From: Bacteroidota bacterium
GTDB lineage: Bacteria > Bacteroidota > Bacteroidia > UKL13-3
NCBI GenBank assembly: GCA_027482225.1
Contig: JAIXWD010000014.1
Span: 74,719 to 138,718, forward strand
Length of the DNA: 64,000 bases
Direction: 5' to 3'
A program made the position numbers and the translations under genes. Of the stretch, positions 40,361-51,386 are shown piece after piece. Numbering within the stretch: position 1 is the first letter of the stretch; each line of letters starts with the position of its first letter. The notes below the pieces were generated by a model. It was not told the origin of the DNA. It saw only the letters and a program-made list of their open reading frames with translations, and did no database searches.

Positions 40361-41845
40361 TTGATACCTGAAAAAAATATGCAATTTTTAAAACATATTT
40401 CACTTTTTTTATTGATAGCTACAACAGTAGTTTCATGTAAAAAAGATTTTGAAGGAGAACGCACAGATTTAGGAGCACCTGAAACATTTATGGTTGTTGA
40501 CAGCATTTACCGCAGTGGCGATAGCAGGTATACCACCACAGTTGAAGCACACTGGTGGGGAAGTGTAAAAACTGGTTTTATTAAAGGTTATGAAGTTAGT
40601 ATTGATAACATGCAAACTTGGAGCTTTACAGATAAACAAATTGGAACATTTTTGTTGAGTCTCCCTTCCGGATCGGATACTGCTGATATACGAATTTTTG
40701 TTCGCGCAGTAGACAATAATGGTAAAGTTGATCCAACACCTGCAGGTACCACTTACCCGGTAAAAAATAGTGCTCCCAATATTAATTTCGACTTTAGTAC
40801 AGGTCAGAAAACAGTGGCATTTCCTGCTTTCCGCTACAGTTGGATTTTAAAAGATGTTGATGGACTTGCTGATATTAGTATTGTTGAAATCGCATTAAAC
40901 GATACCGTTAAAAATAAAGTTCAAGTGCCTTCAAGCGTTAACGCCTCCACTTTTGTTGGCGAAAAAGTGAATGGCGTATTCACAGGTAATTTCTTATTGT
41001 ATACTAACAATCAAACCAACCCATATAGCCAAAAATTATCAGGTGGATTGATGAATGATACCAACATCATTTATATACGCTGCAAAGATCGCACAGGATC
41101 TCAATCGGCATGGATAAGTGCCAAGATCTATATTCGCGAACCTAAAAACAGGTTGTTATTTATTAACGATTATATAAGTAATAAAAATGCAATTACTGCC
41201 TTTTATACCAATCGAATCAATAATCTTGGAAGCAATTTTGCAAACTACGATATAGTTACTTCATTGGTAGATGAATTTCCTTCAGATGAATTTACCACTT
41301 CTAAAACATTCGATTTTTTCAACCGTATTGTATGGGCAACTGAAGATCCAACTCGAAGTTTAGGTACTGCACAAAATGCATCTATCTCTTTCTTTAATAA
41401 TGGAGGTAAGATTTTTATGATATTAGAAATTCCTAATGATGTGGCATTAAATGCATCTTTCTTTAGCTTTACCCCAATTGAAAGATTGGTGGATAATCCT
41501 GGTCGATCGTTTCGTATGGCAACAGGCGACCAAATAATTAGTTATACCAATTGGCCTAAATTAAAAGCAACAGGTATTATCACTTATCCTCGTCCATTTT
41601 ATACCTATACCTCGTCATCAGGTTTATATACTTATGATAGTTTAGCAAGTGCGCAGTTGCGTTCTTTTGGACCAGGCGGTGCACCAGCATGGACAGGCCC
41701 AAGCAATGTAATGGCTAAACGCATCAATACACAATTAAATAAAACAGATATTGTTACTTTAACAGCCCCATTGCACTTGCTTAATGGTAATAATAATGTA
41801 GATTCATTCTTTCAAAAAGTAGTGCTTTCTGAATTGGAATTTTAA
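40361..41845 (+). CDS. Lipoprotein of unknown function with Ig/FN3-like N-region
   Basis: VVSC lipobox; FVRAVDNNGKVDPTPA. Confidence 0.7.
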   Translation: MIPEKNMQFLKHISLFLLIATTVVSCKKDFEGERTDLGAPETFMVVDSIYRSGDSRYTTTVEAHWWGSVKTGFIKGYEVSIDNMQTWSFTDKQIGTFLLSLPSGSDTADIRIFVRAVDNNGKVDPTPAGTTYPVKNSAPNINFDFSTGQKTVAFPAFRYSWILKDVDGLADISIVEIALNDTVKNKVQVPSSVNASTFVGEKVNGVFTGNFLLYTNNQTNPYSQKLSGGLMNDTNIIYIRCKDRTGSQSAWISAKIYIREPKNRLLFINDYISNKNAITAFYTNRINNLGSNFANYDIVTSLVDEFPSDEFTTSKTFDFFNRIVWATEDPTRSLGTAQNASISFFNNGGKIFMILEIPNDVALNASFFSFTPIERLVDNPGRSFRMATGDQIISYTNWPKLKATGIITYPRPFYTYTSSSGLYTYDSLASAQLRSFGPGGAPAWTGPSNVMAKRINTQLNKTDIVTLTAPLHLLNGNNNVDSFFQKVVLSELEF

Positions 41846-41857
41846 CCTCCTAACCAT

Positions 41858-42427
41858 TTGAAAAACATCATCATTTTTGCTTCAGGCAGCGGAACAAATG
41901 CTCAAAATATTTGTGAGCAATTTGCCGATAACCCCAACATTAAGGTGGCTGCTTTGTTTTGCAATAATCCGGATGCCATGGTGATAAAACGCATGAATCA
42001 ATTTAATATTCCTGTGCATGTATTTAACCGAGAAACTTTCAAAAATGAGCAAGAATTTTCTAAACTGCTTAATCAATACCAACCCAGCTTACTTGTTTTA
42101 GCAGGATTTTTGTGGTTAATACCCGAATATTTGGTTAAACAATACCCAAATAAAATCATCAATATTCACCCCGCATTATTACCCAAATTTGGCGGTAAAG
42201 GCATGTATGGACATCATGTTCACGAAGCTGTTTTGGAAACCAAAGAAAAAGAGCATGGCATAACCATACATTTTGTAAATGAAAAATATGATGATGGTGC
42301 TATAATTTTTCAAGCAAAGTTTGATGTAAAACCCGCGTTTACTTTAACAGATATCCAATCATACATAGCTGTATTGGAGATGCGCCACTATCCCGAGGCC
42401 ATTAAGCGCGTGTTGGGCGAATACTAA
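41858..42427 (+). CDS. purN: Phosphoribosylglycinamide formyltransferase
   Basis: FASGSGTN, LAGF, NIHPALLP, YDDG. Confidence 0.95.
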   Translation: MKNIIIFASGSGTNAQNICEQFADNPNIKVAALFCNNPDAMVIKRMNQFNIPVHVFNRETFKNEQEFSKLLNQYQPSLLVLAGFLWLIPEYLVKQYPNKIINIHPALLPKFGGKGMYGHHVHEAVLETKEKEHGITIHFVNEKYDDGAIIFQAKFDVKPAFTLTDIQSYIAVLEMRHYPEAIKRVLGEY

Positions 42428-42511
42428 GAAACAAATGCTGTTTTTGGGGATTTCAATTGAATAATATGCAATACTGCTTTACTATCCTCAAATAGCTATA
42501 TTCGCAACTTT

Positions 42512-43924
42512 ATGCGAAAAAGAAAATTCATTCCTTATACCATCGAGCAATTAGAAATTATTAATGCTGGTAGCGAAGGAAAAAGTATAGCCCGACATAA
42601 CGATAAGGTAATTATGGTTGATCATGCAGTACCAGGAGATGTGGTTGATGTTAGGGTTAACAGCAACAAAAAATCATTTAGTTTTGCTACCATACAAAAT
42701 ATTGTAAAACCTAGCATAGATAGGGTTGATACCTTTTGCTCGCATTTTGGATTATGCGGAGGTTGCAAATGGCAACAAATGAGTTACCCTGCACAATTAC
42801 GTTTTAAACAACAACAAGTTCTTGATGCATTCGAACGCATTGGTAAATTTCCATTTCCTGAGCTAAGGCCAGTTATTGGCAGCGAAAACATAACCTATTA
42901 TCGTAATAAATGCGAGTTTAGTTTTATTGATAGAAAATGGGTAAACACCATGGAAGAACTTGATGCCATGAGCGAAGATGAACGCAAAGGTTTAGGTTAT
43001 CATATTCCTGGAAGGTTTGATAAAATTTTTGATGTGGAGCATTGTTACCTGCAGCATCCTTTAGCCAACGAAATTAGAAACGCTGTTCGTGATTTTGCAA
43101 AAAGTAACAGCTACGAATTTTTTAATCCATACAATCAAGAAGGTTTTTTACGTAACATCATTTTACGCAACAACATTGCAGGCGAGTGGATGGTAATACT
43201 TTGTTTAAAAAAGGAAGACCAAGAAAAACGTGAAGCGATATTAAATCACATTAAAGAAAAGTTTCCTCAAATTTCAGCATTGTTATACATCATCAACCCT
43301 AAAATGAATGATACCATTTATGATTTGGAAGTAAATGTATATAGCGGTACAGACCATTTAATTGAAACGCTAGAAGATCTTAAGTTTAAAATTGGCCCAA
43401 AATCTTTTTTTCAAACCAATACTTTACAAACACAAGCATTATATGGCAAAACCCGCGAACTAGCCAAACTTACAGGAAATGAAAATGTATATGATTTATA
43501 TACAGGCGTAGGATCAATTGCCTTGTTTGTTTCTAAATTAGCCAAACAAGTGGTGGGCATAGAAAATGTGGAAGCAGCAATAGAAGATGCAAAAATTAAC
43601 GCAGCGTTAAATAATATTACCAATACACATTTTTATGCTGGTGATATGAAAGACATACTAAATGATGAATTGATTGCTAAACATGGTAAGCCTGATGTAA
43701 TTATAACCGACCCTCCAAGAGCTGGAATGCATCCTGATGTGATTGCCAAATTATTAGAATTAGCTGCACCAAAAATTGTGTATGTAAGTTGTAATCCTGC
43801 AACTCAAGCACGTGATATTGCTATGATGCAAGAGATATACGAAGTAACATGCGTGCAGCCAGTAGATATGTTCCCGCATACGCACCATGTTGAAAATATT
43901 GCGTTGTTAGAAATAAAAAAATAA
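42512..43924 (+). CDS. rlmD: 23S rRNA m5U1939 methyltransferase
   Basis: TRAM domain, CxHFxxCGGC, SFFQTN, DPPRAG, YVSCNP, DMFPHT. Confidence 0.93.
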   Translation: MRKRKFIPYTIEQLEIINAGSEGKSIARHNDKVIMVDHAVPGDVVDVRVNSNKKSFSFATIQNIVKPSIDRVDTFCSHFGLCGGCKWQQMSYPAQLRFKQQQVLDAFERIGKFPFPELRPVIGSENITYYRNKCEFSFIDRKWVNTMEELDAMSEDERKGLGYHIPGRFDKIFDVEHCYLQHPLANEIRNAVRDFAKSNSYEFFNPYNQEGFLRNIILRNNIAGEWMVILCLKKEDQEKREAILNHIKEKFPQISALLYIINPKMNDTIYDLEVNVYSGTDHLIETLEDLKFKIGPKSFFQTNTLQTQALYGKTRELAKLTGNENVYDLYTGVGSIALFVSKLAKQVVGIENVEAAIEDAKINAALNNITNTHFYAGDMKDILNDELIAKHGKPDVIITDPPRAGMHPDVIAKLLELAAPKIVYVSCNPATQARDIAMMQEIYEVTCVQPVDMFPHTHHVENIALLEIKK

Positions 43925-43931
43925 TGCTGAT

Positions 43932-44291
43932 ATGGATAAGGAAATGACAGTAAACCTAGAATTGTTAAAAGATGATTTAGCTTTTTACAATGATATGCTG
44001 AAAGAAGTTTCGGCAGATATTTTACACGAAGGTTTTAGCAAGTATCCGATTTTTATAGCGCACCAAGAACCTATTAAAATTGGTGATATGATTATAGATG
44101 CCACTGAATACTCGCGCTCATTTAACATCAGTGCCACAGTACTTGAAGATTTATTAGAAAAAAATATTGTTACTAAAGAACGTGAGGAAAGTTTTAAAGC
44201 TGCATTTAAAGATGCTGCCCAATTTATGTGCGTATTATTGGTAACTGATAAGGGCGCAAATTTTGTATTTGTTTCTTTTAAAGCAAAATAA
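43932..44291 (+). CDS. Conserved hypothetical protein
   Basis: Tightly coupled ORF in operon; SKYPIF motif. Confidence 0.65.
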   Translation: MDKEMTVNLELLKDDLAFYNDMLKEVSADILHEGFSKYPIFIAHQEPIKIGDMIIDATEYSRSFNISATVLEDLLEKNIVTKEREESFKAAFKDAAQFMCVLLVTDKGANFVFVSFKAK

Positions 44292-44297
44292 ATAATC

Positions 44298-45338
44298 ATG
44301 TATCAACCCAAGGTAGCCGTTGTCATTATTCATTGGAATCGCAAGAACTTACTAGAACAGTTCTTACCTTTTTTAGTGAAATCTACCTACAGTAATTTAG
44401 AGATTGTTGTTGCAGACAATAACTCCGATGACGATTCAATTGCTTTCGTACAAATAAACTACCCCAATATTACCATTGTAAAAAACGATGACAACTTTGG
44501 TTATGCAGGTGGATACAACCATGCGCTGAAACATGTTACAGCAGATTATTTTGTTTTACTAAATAATGATATTGAAGTAACACCAAATTGGATTGAACCA
44601 GTAATAGAGGCAATGGAAAAAGATAAAAACATTGCAGCAGCTCAACCCAAAATGTTGGATTACAATAACCGAAATAAATTTGAATATGCCGGTGCAGGTG
44701 GTGGCTATATGGATATGTTGGGTTATGCATTTTGCAGAGGTAGAATATTTGATTATTTAGAGGAAGACCAAGGCCAATACAACGATACCCACGCTGCATT
44801 TTGGGCAACAGGAGCATGCATGTTTGTGCGAGCCAATGTATTTAAAAAGTTGCATGGTTTTGACGAACACTTTTTTGCCCATATGGAAGAAATTGATTTG
44901 TGTTGGCGAATGCAACTTGACGGATACTCATTGGTTACTGTTCCGAAATCGGTGGTATACCATGTTGGTGGTGGTACTTTAAATAAACAAAGTCCGCAAA
45001 AAACATACTTAAACTTTAGAAACAACTTAATTATGCTTACTAAAAACTTACCTGTAAGTACGCTAATTTGGTTAATACCTGTACGTTCAACATTAGACTT
45101 ATTAAGCTCTATATTTTTTATAATGAATGGTTTACCAAAATACAGTTTGGCCATTCATAAGGCACACTCCGATTACTTTTTCAAGTTTAGAAAATGGTGG
45201 AAACTGCGCAAAATCAATACCACATTCAAGCCATTTAACCAGCTACACGGAGTATATATGGGAAGTATTGTGGCCGATCATTTTATTAAAAAGGTGAAAT
45301 ATTTTAGTGAATTACAAAAAAATAAATTCACAAATTAG
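44298..45338 (+). CDS. Glycosyltransferase family 2
   Basis: VADNNS, LLNND, WATGAC, HMEEIDLCWR. Confidence 0.9.
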   Translation: MYQPKVAVVIIHWNRKNLLEQFLPFLVKSTYSNLEIVVADNNSDDDSIAFVQINYPNITIVKNDDNFGYAGGYNHALKHVTADYFVLLNNDIEVTPNWIEPVIEAMEKDKNIAAAQPKMLDYNNRNKFEYAGAGGGYMDMLGYAFCRGRIFDYLEEDQGQYNDTHAAFWATGACMFVRANVFKKLHGFDEHFFAHMEEIDLCWRMQLDGYSLVTVPKSVVYHVGGGTLNKQSPQKTYLNFRNNLIMLTKNLPVSTLIWLIPVRSTLDLLSSIFFIMNGLPKYSLAIHKAHSDYFFKFRKWWKLRKINTTFKPFNQLHGVYMGSIVADHFIKKVKYFSELQKNKFTN

Positions 45339-45357
45339 TATCGCATTATTTTCACTA

Positions 45358-45780
45358 CTACACTAAACTATTTATTGCCAATTCGTAACTTTTTAAACCA
45401 AAGCCACTAATAATACCAACACAATGTTTGCTTATTAAAGAAACATGACGGTATTCTTCTCTGGCAAATATATTACTGATGTGCACTTCTAATACAGGTG
45501 TTGTTATAGCGGCTACGGCATCGGCCAATGCAACAGATGTATGTGTGTAGCCACCCGCATTTAAAATAATACCATCGTAACTAAATCCTACTTCATGTAG
45601 TTTATTAATCAACTCACCCTCTACATTACTTTGGTAATAACTTAGTTCAATTTGCGGAAACGCTTTTTCTAAGTCGGTAAAATAACTTTCAAAAGAAGTT
45701 TGCCCATATAACTCAGGCTCGCGCTTACCCAGTAAATTTAAGTTAGGACCGTTAATTATTATTATTTTCATGTAGTGCAA
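45358..45780 (-). CDS. aroQ: Type II 3-dehydroquinate dehydratase
   Basis: NGPNLNLLGKREP, YTHTS, EVHISN. Confidence 0.96.
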   Translation of the reverse strand: MHYMKIIIINGPNLNLLGKREPELYGQTSFESYFTDLEKAFPQIELSYYQSNVEGELINKLHEVGFSYDGIILNAGGYTHTSVALADAVAAITTPVLEVHISNIFAREEYRHVSLISKHCVGIISGFGLKSYELAINSLV

Positions 45781-45921
45781 TAATCAAACAAAAATAGCAT
45801 AAATAAATATTAGCCACAGATTGTAAGGATTAATTTATTCTAGCATACTAGACTTACCCACACATGAGCAAAAATATCTGCTGTTATTCATCAGATAATG
45901 TTCAATATTTGAATATTATAA

Positions 45922-46824
45922 ATGGTAAACTGGAATCCATACATTAAAGGTTTTAAAGCATATTTGCAGTTGGAAAAATCGCTATCAAAAAATAGCATTG
46001 AGGCTTACCAACGCGACATGGAAAAGCTGATTCAGTTTTTTAATGCCAAGGGTTTGGTCCCACAACCAGCAGATGTTAACTTAGCAACCCTTCGCGAGTT
46101 CTTAAGATGGATAACCGAATTGGGCATGAGCACAACCAGTCAAGCACGAATTTTAAGCGGAATAAAAGCCTTTTACAATTACCTTTTAATGGAGGATTTA
46201 ATTACTAAAAATCCTGCTGAGTTACTGGAATCACCAAAGCTAAAAAGAAAATTACCAGAGGTACTTGATGTACATGAAATTGATTTGATGGTTGAACAAA
46301 TTGACCACAGCAAACCTGAAGGGATGCGCAACAAAGCCATTATAGAAACCATGTTTAGTTGTGGTTTACGTGTAAGCGAATTGGTAGGGTTAAAGTTTGC
46401 AGATATTTCATATTCAGATGAATTTGTGCGTGTAATTGGCAAAGGTAATAAGGAAAGATTGATACCTATTGGAAGCATTGCACTTAAAGCCATTAAACTA
46501 TATAAAGAAACAGTACGCTCGCACATTACTCCCCAAACCGGACATACAGATACTGTGTTTTTAAACGGCCGTGGAAAAGGATTGAGTAGGATAATGATAT
46601 TTTATATCATAAAAGATTTAGCCAAGCGTGCCGGAATTCATAAAAACATTTCGCCACATACCATGCGGCATTCATTTGCTACTTGTTTGGTAGAGGCTGG
46701 GGCCGATTTACGTGCGGTACAACAAATGCTTGGTCATGAAAGTATTACCACCACCGAAATTTATACCCACATCGACAGGGCATACTTACATGATGTAATA
46801 ACGCAGTTTCATCCAAGAAGTTAG
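45922..46824 (+). CDS. xerD: Site-specific tyrosine recombinase XerD
   Basis: GLRVSEL, GKGNKER, HTMRHSFAT, LGH, TTEIYTH, terminal HPR. Confidence 0.9.
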   Translation: MVNWNPYIKGFKAYLQLEKSLSKNSIEAYQRDMEKLIQFFNAKGLVPQPADVNLATLREFLRWITELGMSTTSQARILSGIKAFYNYLLMEDLITKNPAELLESPKLKRKLPEVLDVHEIDLMVEQIDHSKPEGMRNKAIIETMFSCGLRVSELVGLKFADISYSDEFVRVIGKGNKERLIPIGSIALKAIKLYKETVRSHITPQTGHTDTVFLNGRGKGLSRIMIFYIIKDLAKRAGIHKNISPHTMRHSFATCLVEAGADLRAVQQMLGHESITTTEIYTHIDRAYLHDVITQFHPRS

Positions 46825-47045
46825 ATGTTGTCATTCTGCGCTGAGACTCCAGATAAAGTGAGGAGTTGGTGATTAGATGTTCAGCCTCTTTGGGTTTAAC
46901 TTGGGCTGATATTTGCCCAGCATACTCGAATTAGCATTGACTAATCAACCAATAACCCAACAACGGATAACTATTCAAGCTATCTCCCCTACCTATCATA
47001 AAATTTGTTAAATTCGCCTCCATTAAATAATTAAACAATACAAGA

Positions 47046-48125
47046 ATGAAATACGTAGCTTTAAACGATTTGCACGTTTCTTTAGGAGCAAAAATGATTG
47101 AATTTGCAGGTTACAACATGCCTGTTTTATACAATAACTTAATTCAAGAACATAACGCGGTACGTAATAGTATTGGTGTTTTTGATGTAAGCCACATGGG
47201 TGAGTTTTTACTTAAGGGAGAAAAAGCGTTAGACCTGGTTCAGTTAGTTACGAGCAACGATGCCTCGGTTTTAGTTGATGGTAAAATACAATACAGTTGT
47301 CTACCAAACGATAAGGGTGGCATTGTTGACGACCTGTTAGTATATCGTGTTTCGGCAACTGAGTTTTATTTGGTTGTTAATGCATCAAACATTGAAAAAG
47401 ATTGGAATTGGATTAGCAAACACAATACGTTTGGTGTTGAGATGACTAACCTTAGCGAAGGCACAAGTTTATTGGCCGTACAAGGACCAAATGCCATTAA
47501 AGCTCTACAAAAGTTAACTGATGTTAACCTTAGCGAAATGGAATATTACACTTTTAAATATGGTACACTCGCAGGTATAAGTCATGTATTAATATCTAAC
47601 ACAGGTTATACTGGCGCAGGGGGATTTGAATTATATGTTCCCAATGCTGAAGCAAGTAAATTATGGGATGCAATTTTTAATGCAGGTGCCGAATTTGATA
47701 TTAAACCTGCAGGTTTAGGTGCCCGCGATACCTTACGTTTAGAAAAAGGATTCTGCTTATATGGCAATGATATTAACGATGAAACTTCTCCTATTGAAGC
47801 AGGTTTAGGCTGGATTACTAAATTCACCAAATCATTTATTATGGCCGAACACCACAAAGCAATTAAAGACAATAAGCCTACTAAAAAGCTAGTTGGTTTT
47901 GAAATGTTGGAACGTGGTGGAATTCCTCGTCAGCACCACATCATTAAAGATGCTAATGGAAATGTAATTGGAGAGGTTACTTCAGGTACACAATCTCCTA
48001 CACTTAGTAAAGCTATAGGTATGGGATATGTAGATGCAGCTCATAGCAAAGTTGATACTGAAATTTTTATTGAGATTCGTGATAAACAAATTAAAGCAAA
48101 GGTGGTAAAAACACCTTTCTTATAA
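47046..48125 (+). CDS. gcvT: Glycine cleavage system T protein
   Basis: FDVSHMG, TGYTG, GLGARDTLRLE. Confidence 0.96.
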   Translation: MKYVALNDLHVSLGAKMIEFAGYNMPVLYNNLIQEHNAVRNSIGVFDVSHMGEFLLKGEKALDLVQLVTSNDASVLVDGKIQYSCLPNDKGGIVDDLLVYRVSATEFYLVVNASNIEKDWNWISKHNTFGVEMTNLSEGTSLLAVQGPNAIKALQKLTDVNLSEMEYYTFKYGTLAGISHVLISNTGYTGAGGFELYVPNAEASKLWDAIFNAGAEFDIKPAGLGARDTLRLEKGFCLYGNDINDETSPIEAGLGWITKFTKSFIMAEHHKAIKDNKPTKKLVGFEMLERGGIPRQHHIIKDANGNVIGEVTSGTQSPTLSKAIGMGYVDAAHSKVDTEIFIEIRDKQIKAKVVKTPFL

Positions 48126-48146
48126 AATTTATTAGTTTATAAGCTT

Positions 48147-48485
48147 ATGCGTTTTATTGTTTTGATGGTATGTTTAACAATAGGTAAACTAGGTATAACA
48201 CAAAGTTTACCCAAAAAATATGCTGCAATTATAACTGGAACTAGCGAAGCTGATGTGATAAAAATTTTGGGCGAACCCAAAAAAATTGAATCCTTTTCTA
48301 CAGTAAAAAATAACACTTACGATACCAGTTACTATTGGAAATATGATGGTGACATCACCATCATATTTACCAATCATGCGGTAGAAACCATAGAGCCTAA
48401 ATGGGAAAACGTATTAAAACGTATTCAACAAAAGGCAAACAAAAAAGACGAAAACGGCATAACCATTATTACCAATCGTGAATAA
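48147..48485 (+). CDS. Small exported hypothetical protein
   Basis: Signal-like N-terminus; GTSEADVIKILGEP resembles SmpA/BamE-type fold. Confidence 0.55.
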   Translation: MRFIVLMVCLTIGKLGITQSLPKKYAAIITGTSEADVIKILGEPKKIESFSTVKNNTYDTSYYWKYDGDITIIFTNHAVETIEPKWENVLKRIQQKANKKDENGITIITNRE

Positions 48486-49209
48486 AGAAATTGAAGTTGT
48501 ACTTACACCTGCCCTTTTACCTTTATACCAAGTAACAGGCAAAACAGTTGTTGTTATTGATATTTTACGTGCCACAAGCAGCATGTGTGTGGCTTTTAAA
48601 ACAGGGGTAAATAAAATTCTTCCTGTATCAACTCCTGAAGAGTGTAGCTTATTTAAAGATTTTGATTTTTTATGTGCTGCTGAAAGAAATGCCGTTAAAC
48701 TTCCAGGTTTTGATATGGGTAATTCTCCTTTCGAATTTCAAAATCCATTGATTAAAGATAGAAACATTGCTTTTACAACCACCAATGGAACCAAAGCCAT
48801 TAAACAAAGTAAAGAGCAAGGAGCAGCTCAAATTGTTGTAGGTAGTTTTTTAAATTTAGATGTTATATGCAATTGGTTATTAAATCAACCAAACGACATT
48901 ATTTTATTATGTGCGGGATGGAAAGATAAAGTTAATTTGGAAGATACTTTGTTTGCCGGAGCAGTAATTGCACAACTTAAAAACAACATCACCTTACATT
49001 GCGATTCAGGCTTAATGGCCGAACAACTTTATATTTCCATGAAGGATAGTTTAGAAGTTGATGTTCGTAAGTCATCACATGCGCAACGCTTTAAAGCATT
49101 ACATGCGGCAGAAGATGATGTACAATTCTGTTTGCAATTAAACTCAGCCCCTGTATTGCCTATTATGCGAGGGGAGTACTTAGTTAACATGCAAACACAA
49201 ACAGCTTAA
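48478..49209 (+). CDS. 2-phosphosulfolactate phosphatase family protein (ComB-like)
   Basis: VVIDILRATS, GNSP, TTTNGT, LED. Confidence 0.88.
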   Translation: MNKEIEVVLTPALLPLYQVTGKTVVVIDILRATSSMCVAFKTGVNKILPVSTPEECSLFKDFDFLCAAERNAVKLPGFDMGNSPFEFQNPLIKDRNIAFTTTNGTKAIKQSKEQGAAQIVVGSFLNLDVICNWLLNQPNDIILLCAGWKDKVNLEDTLFAGAVIAQLKNNITLHCDSGLMAEQLYISMKDSLEVDVRKSSHAQRFKALHAAEDDVQFCLQLNSAPVLPIMRGEYLVNMQTQTA

Positions 49210-49214
49210 AGTGT

Positions 49215-51041
49215 ATGAATGAAAATCGTTTTGTATATCGATTCATTCAATACTATGCCATATGGTTTATTTTGGCTTTAGCCTTATTACTTCGTTTATT
49301 CAAAATTAACGACATGGCCTTAACCAACGATGAGTTAAGTGCCCTTTCAAGATGTAATTACAATTCGTTAAAAGATTTAATAAATATTGGTGTGGTTGAA
49401 CTAGATATGCACCCACCATTGGTTCAAATATTTATTTATTACTACACCAAATTATTTGGACTAAACCCGGTAGTTTATAAACTTCCATTTATTGCCATGG
49501 GTATGTTTACCCTTTGGGTAACTTACAATCTAATCACACAGTTATTCAATAAACACAACGCTTTGTTGGTAGTGTTGTTTATGGCTACCTCTCAATACTT
49601 CTTGGTACATAGCCAAACAGCTCGTATGTATGCCCCCGGATTATTGTTTACTTTGTTATTTATATCTACGTTATTTAACACATCAAACCAAAACAAAAAA
49701 TTTATATGGGCCGCAGTGTATTTATTTTTAGTAGCCAATACACATTACATGGCATTGATTACTTGTGCATTTGCTGGTATTATTTATTTGATACTTTATA
49801 AACATGATGTAAAAAAATGGCTATTCAGTTTTGCTGCAGCTGCAACATTATTTGCAATAGAATTTCCCTTGTTGTTACCACAGTTTCAACAAGGCGGATT
49901 AAGCTGGTTAGGTGTGCCTGATAAAAACTATATTTATTATTATTTACAATATGTAGCTCAGTACACCACACCTATTTTATATTTTATTTTTACAGGTTTG
50001 ATTGCTGCATTAATTGGGATATTTTTAAAAAAAGAAATACAAAAAAAGCACCTTACTTTTTCTTTGTTATTGTTTTTAACATCATTTGCATTCACTTATT
50101 TATACTCTCAATGGCGTGCACCCATCATGCAATATTCAGTGTTGCTTTTTGGTATTGTATTTTTACTTGCAGCAGCATTTTATGTTTTCAGTAAATTACA
50201 TCAAACATTATTTATATTGGTTTTTGTTGGGTTGATGTTGATGAATACTTATGCATTAATAAATACACGCAAACATTACACGGTATTTTATCACCAAGCA
50301 TACAAAGCAGCAGTGATGGCCATAAAACCATATACACAAAACGAAACAACAGCCTTTTTAGCAGGTAACCGTAAATACTATTTTGATTATTATTTTAATC
50401 GTGAAAACATGCAACCATATGTGGTATCAGCAAAAATTGACACCTTGGGTTATGCGTACTTCTACAACTGGTTATTGCAAAACCAACCCGATACTTTAAT
50501 CATTGCTCATGGTGGTGCTATTCCATACGAATATGCAAGTATTGCATCTTTATTTTACAATTATAAATTATTTGAAGAATACCAATCGTTGAGTGAAACA
50601 TTTGTATTTAGCAATAGAAAAAAAAACCTATATCCTGATTCGTTTCCTGTAATCGTTTCAGCTGAAAAAACTCGTGCAAACGAAACTATTTTTGAATTTA
50701 ATAACGCACACAAAGTTGTTGAATTGGAAGTTTGGAGTTGGATTAAAACCACAGATTCATTAACAAACCCAATACTAGAAGTTACCTTAACAAACAATAA
50801 AAATGAAGTATTGTATTATGGCACAACCAGCTTAGATAAATTCAAAAACACATCAAACCAAATTGCACCAATAATTTTACGTCCGCGTATTGAGTTGCTA
50901 GAAAATACCACATCAATACTAATTGTTAAAGCTGCTATTTTAAATGAAGGTAAACATACTTTTAAATGCACGCCATTAAAGGTAAGTGCTAAAAAAGGAA
51001 ATGGAATAATTTACAGTACACTTGCTCCGGTGTTAGATTAA
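49215..51041 (+). CDS. GT-C membrane glycosyltransferase (ArnT/PMT-like)
   Basis: NDE motif, HPPL, ARMY, multiple TMs. Confidence 0.8.
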   Translation: MNENRFVYRFIQYYAIWFILALALLLRLFKINDMALTNDELSALSRCNYNSLKDLINIGVVELDMHPPLVQIFIYYYTKLFGLNPVVYKLPFIAMGMFTLWVTYNLITQLFNKHNALLVVLFMATSQYFLVHSQTARMYAPGLLFTLLFISTLFNTSNQNKKFIWAAVYLFLVANTHYMALITCAFAGIIYLILYKHDVKKWLFSFAAAATLFAIEFPLLLPQFQQGGLSWLGVPDKNYIYYYLQYVAQYTTPILYFIFTGLIAALIGIFLKKEIQKKHLTFSLLLFLTSFAFTYLYSQWRAPIMQYSVLLFGIVFLLAAAFYVFSKLHQTLFILVFVGLMLMNTYALINTRKHYTVFYHQAYKAAVMAIKPYTQNETTAFLAGNRKYYFDYYFNRENMQPYVVSAKIDTLGYAYFYNWLLQNQPDTLIIAHGGAIPYEYASIASLFYNYKLFEEYQSLSETFVFSNRKKNLYPDSFPVIVSAEKTRANETIFEFNNAHKVVELEVWSWIKTTDSLTNPILEVTLTNNKNEVLYYGTTSLDKFKNTSNQIAPIILRPRIELLENTTSILIVKAAILNEGKHTFKCTPLKVSAKKGNGIIYSTLAPVLD

Positions 51042-51044
51042 ATA

Positions 51045-51371
51045 CTACTTCAACTTTTCGTTTTCTTTATGTCTGGTCGCATCGCGTTTGGTTTTCTTAT
51101 CCAAATTTTTTTGCAACGCAGCTGTTAAATCTATTCCTGTTTGATTAGCCAAACAAATCAACACAAACAATACATCAGCCATTTCATCGCCTAAATCAAC
51201 ATCTTTATCGCTGGCTTTAAAACTTTGTTCACCATATTGTCGAGCCATAATACGGGCCACCTCACCTACCTCTTCCATTAACATAGCAGTATTGGTTAAC
51301 TCATTAAAATAACGAACACCGGTTGTTTTAATCCATTCGTCAACTGTTTTTTGTGCTTCTTCTATGGTCAT
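51045..51371 (-). CDS. MazG-like nucleotide pyrophosphohydrolase
   Basis: EEVGEVAR, DEMADV. Confidence 0.9.
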   Translation of the reverse strand: MTIEEAQKTVDEWIKTTGVRYFNELTNTAMLMEEVGEVARIMARQYGEQSFKASDKDVDLGDEMADVLFVLICLANQTGIDLTAALQKNLDKKTKRDATRHKENEKLK

Positions 51372-51386
51372 CGTATATGTTTTTAA

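Noticed and set aside
45922..46824. XerD as the cassette integrase
   Set aside because: Typical 300-aa housekeeping XerD next to aroQ, no visible IntI-specific insertion, and far from both arrays; action in trans cannot be excluded but nothing here supports it.
46935..46980. Low-complexity (t)aaccaa-type runs, also at 28220-28275 and 36693-36730
   Set aside because: Too degenerate to define a unit or function.
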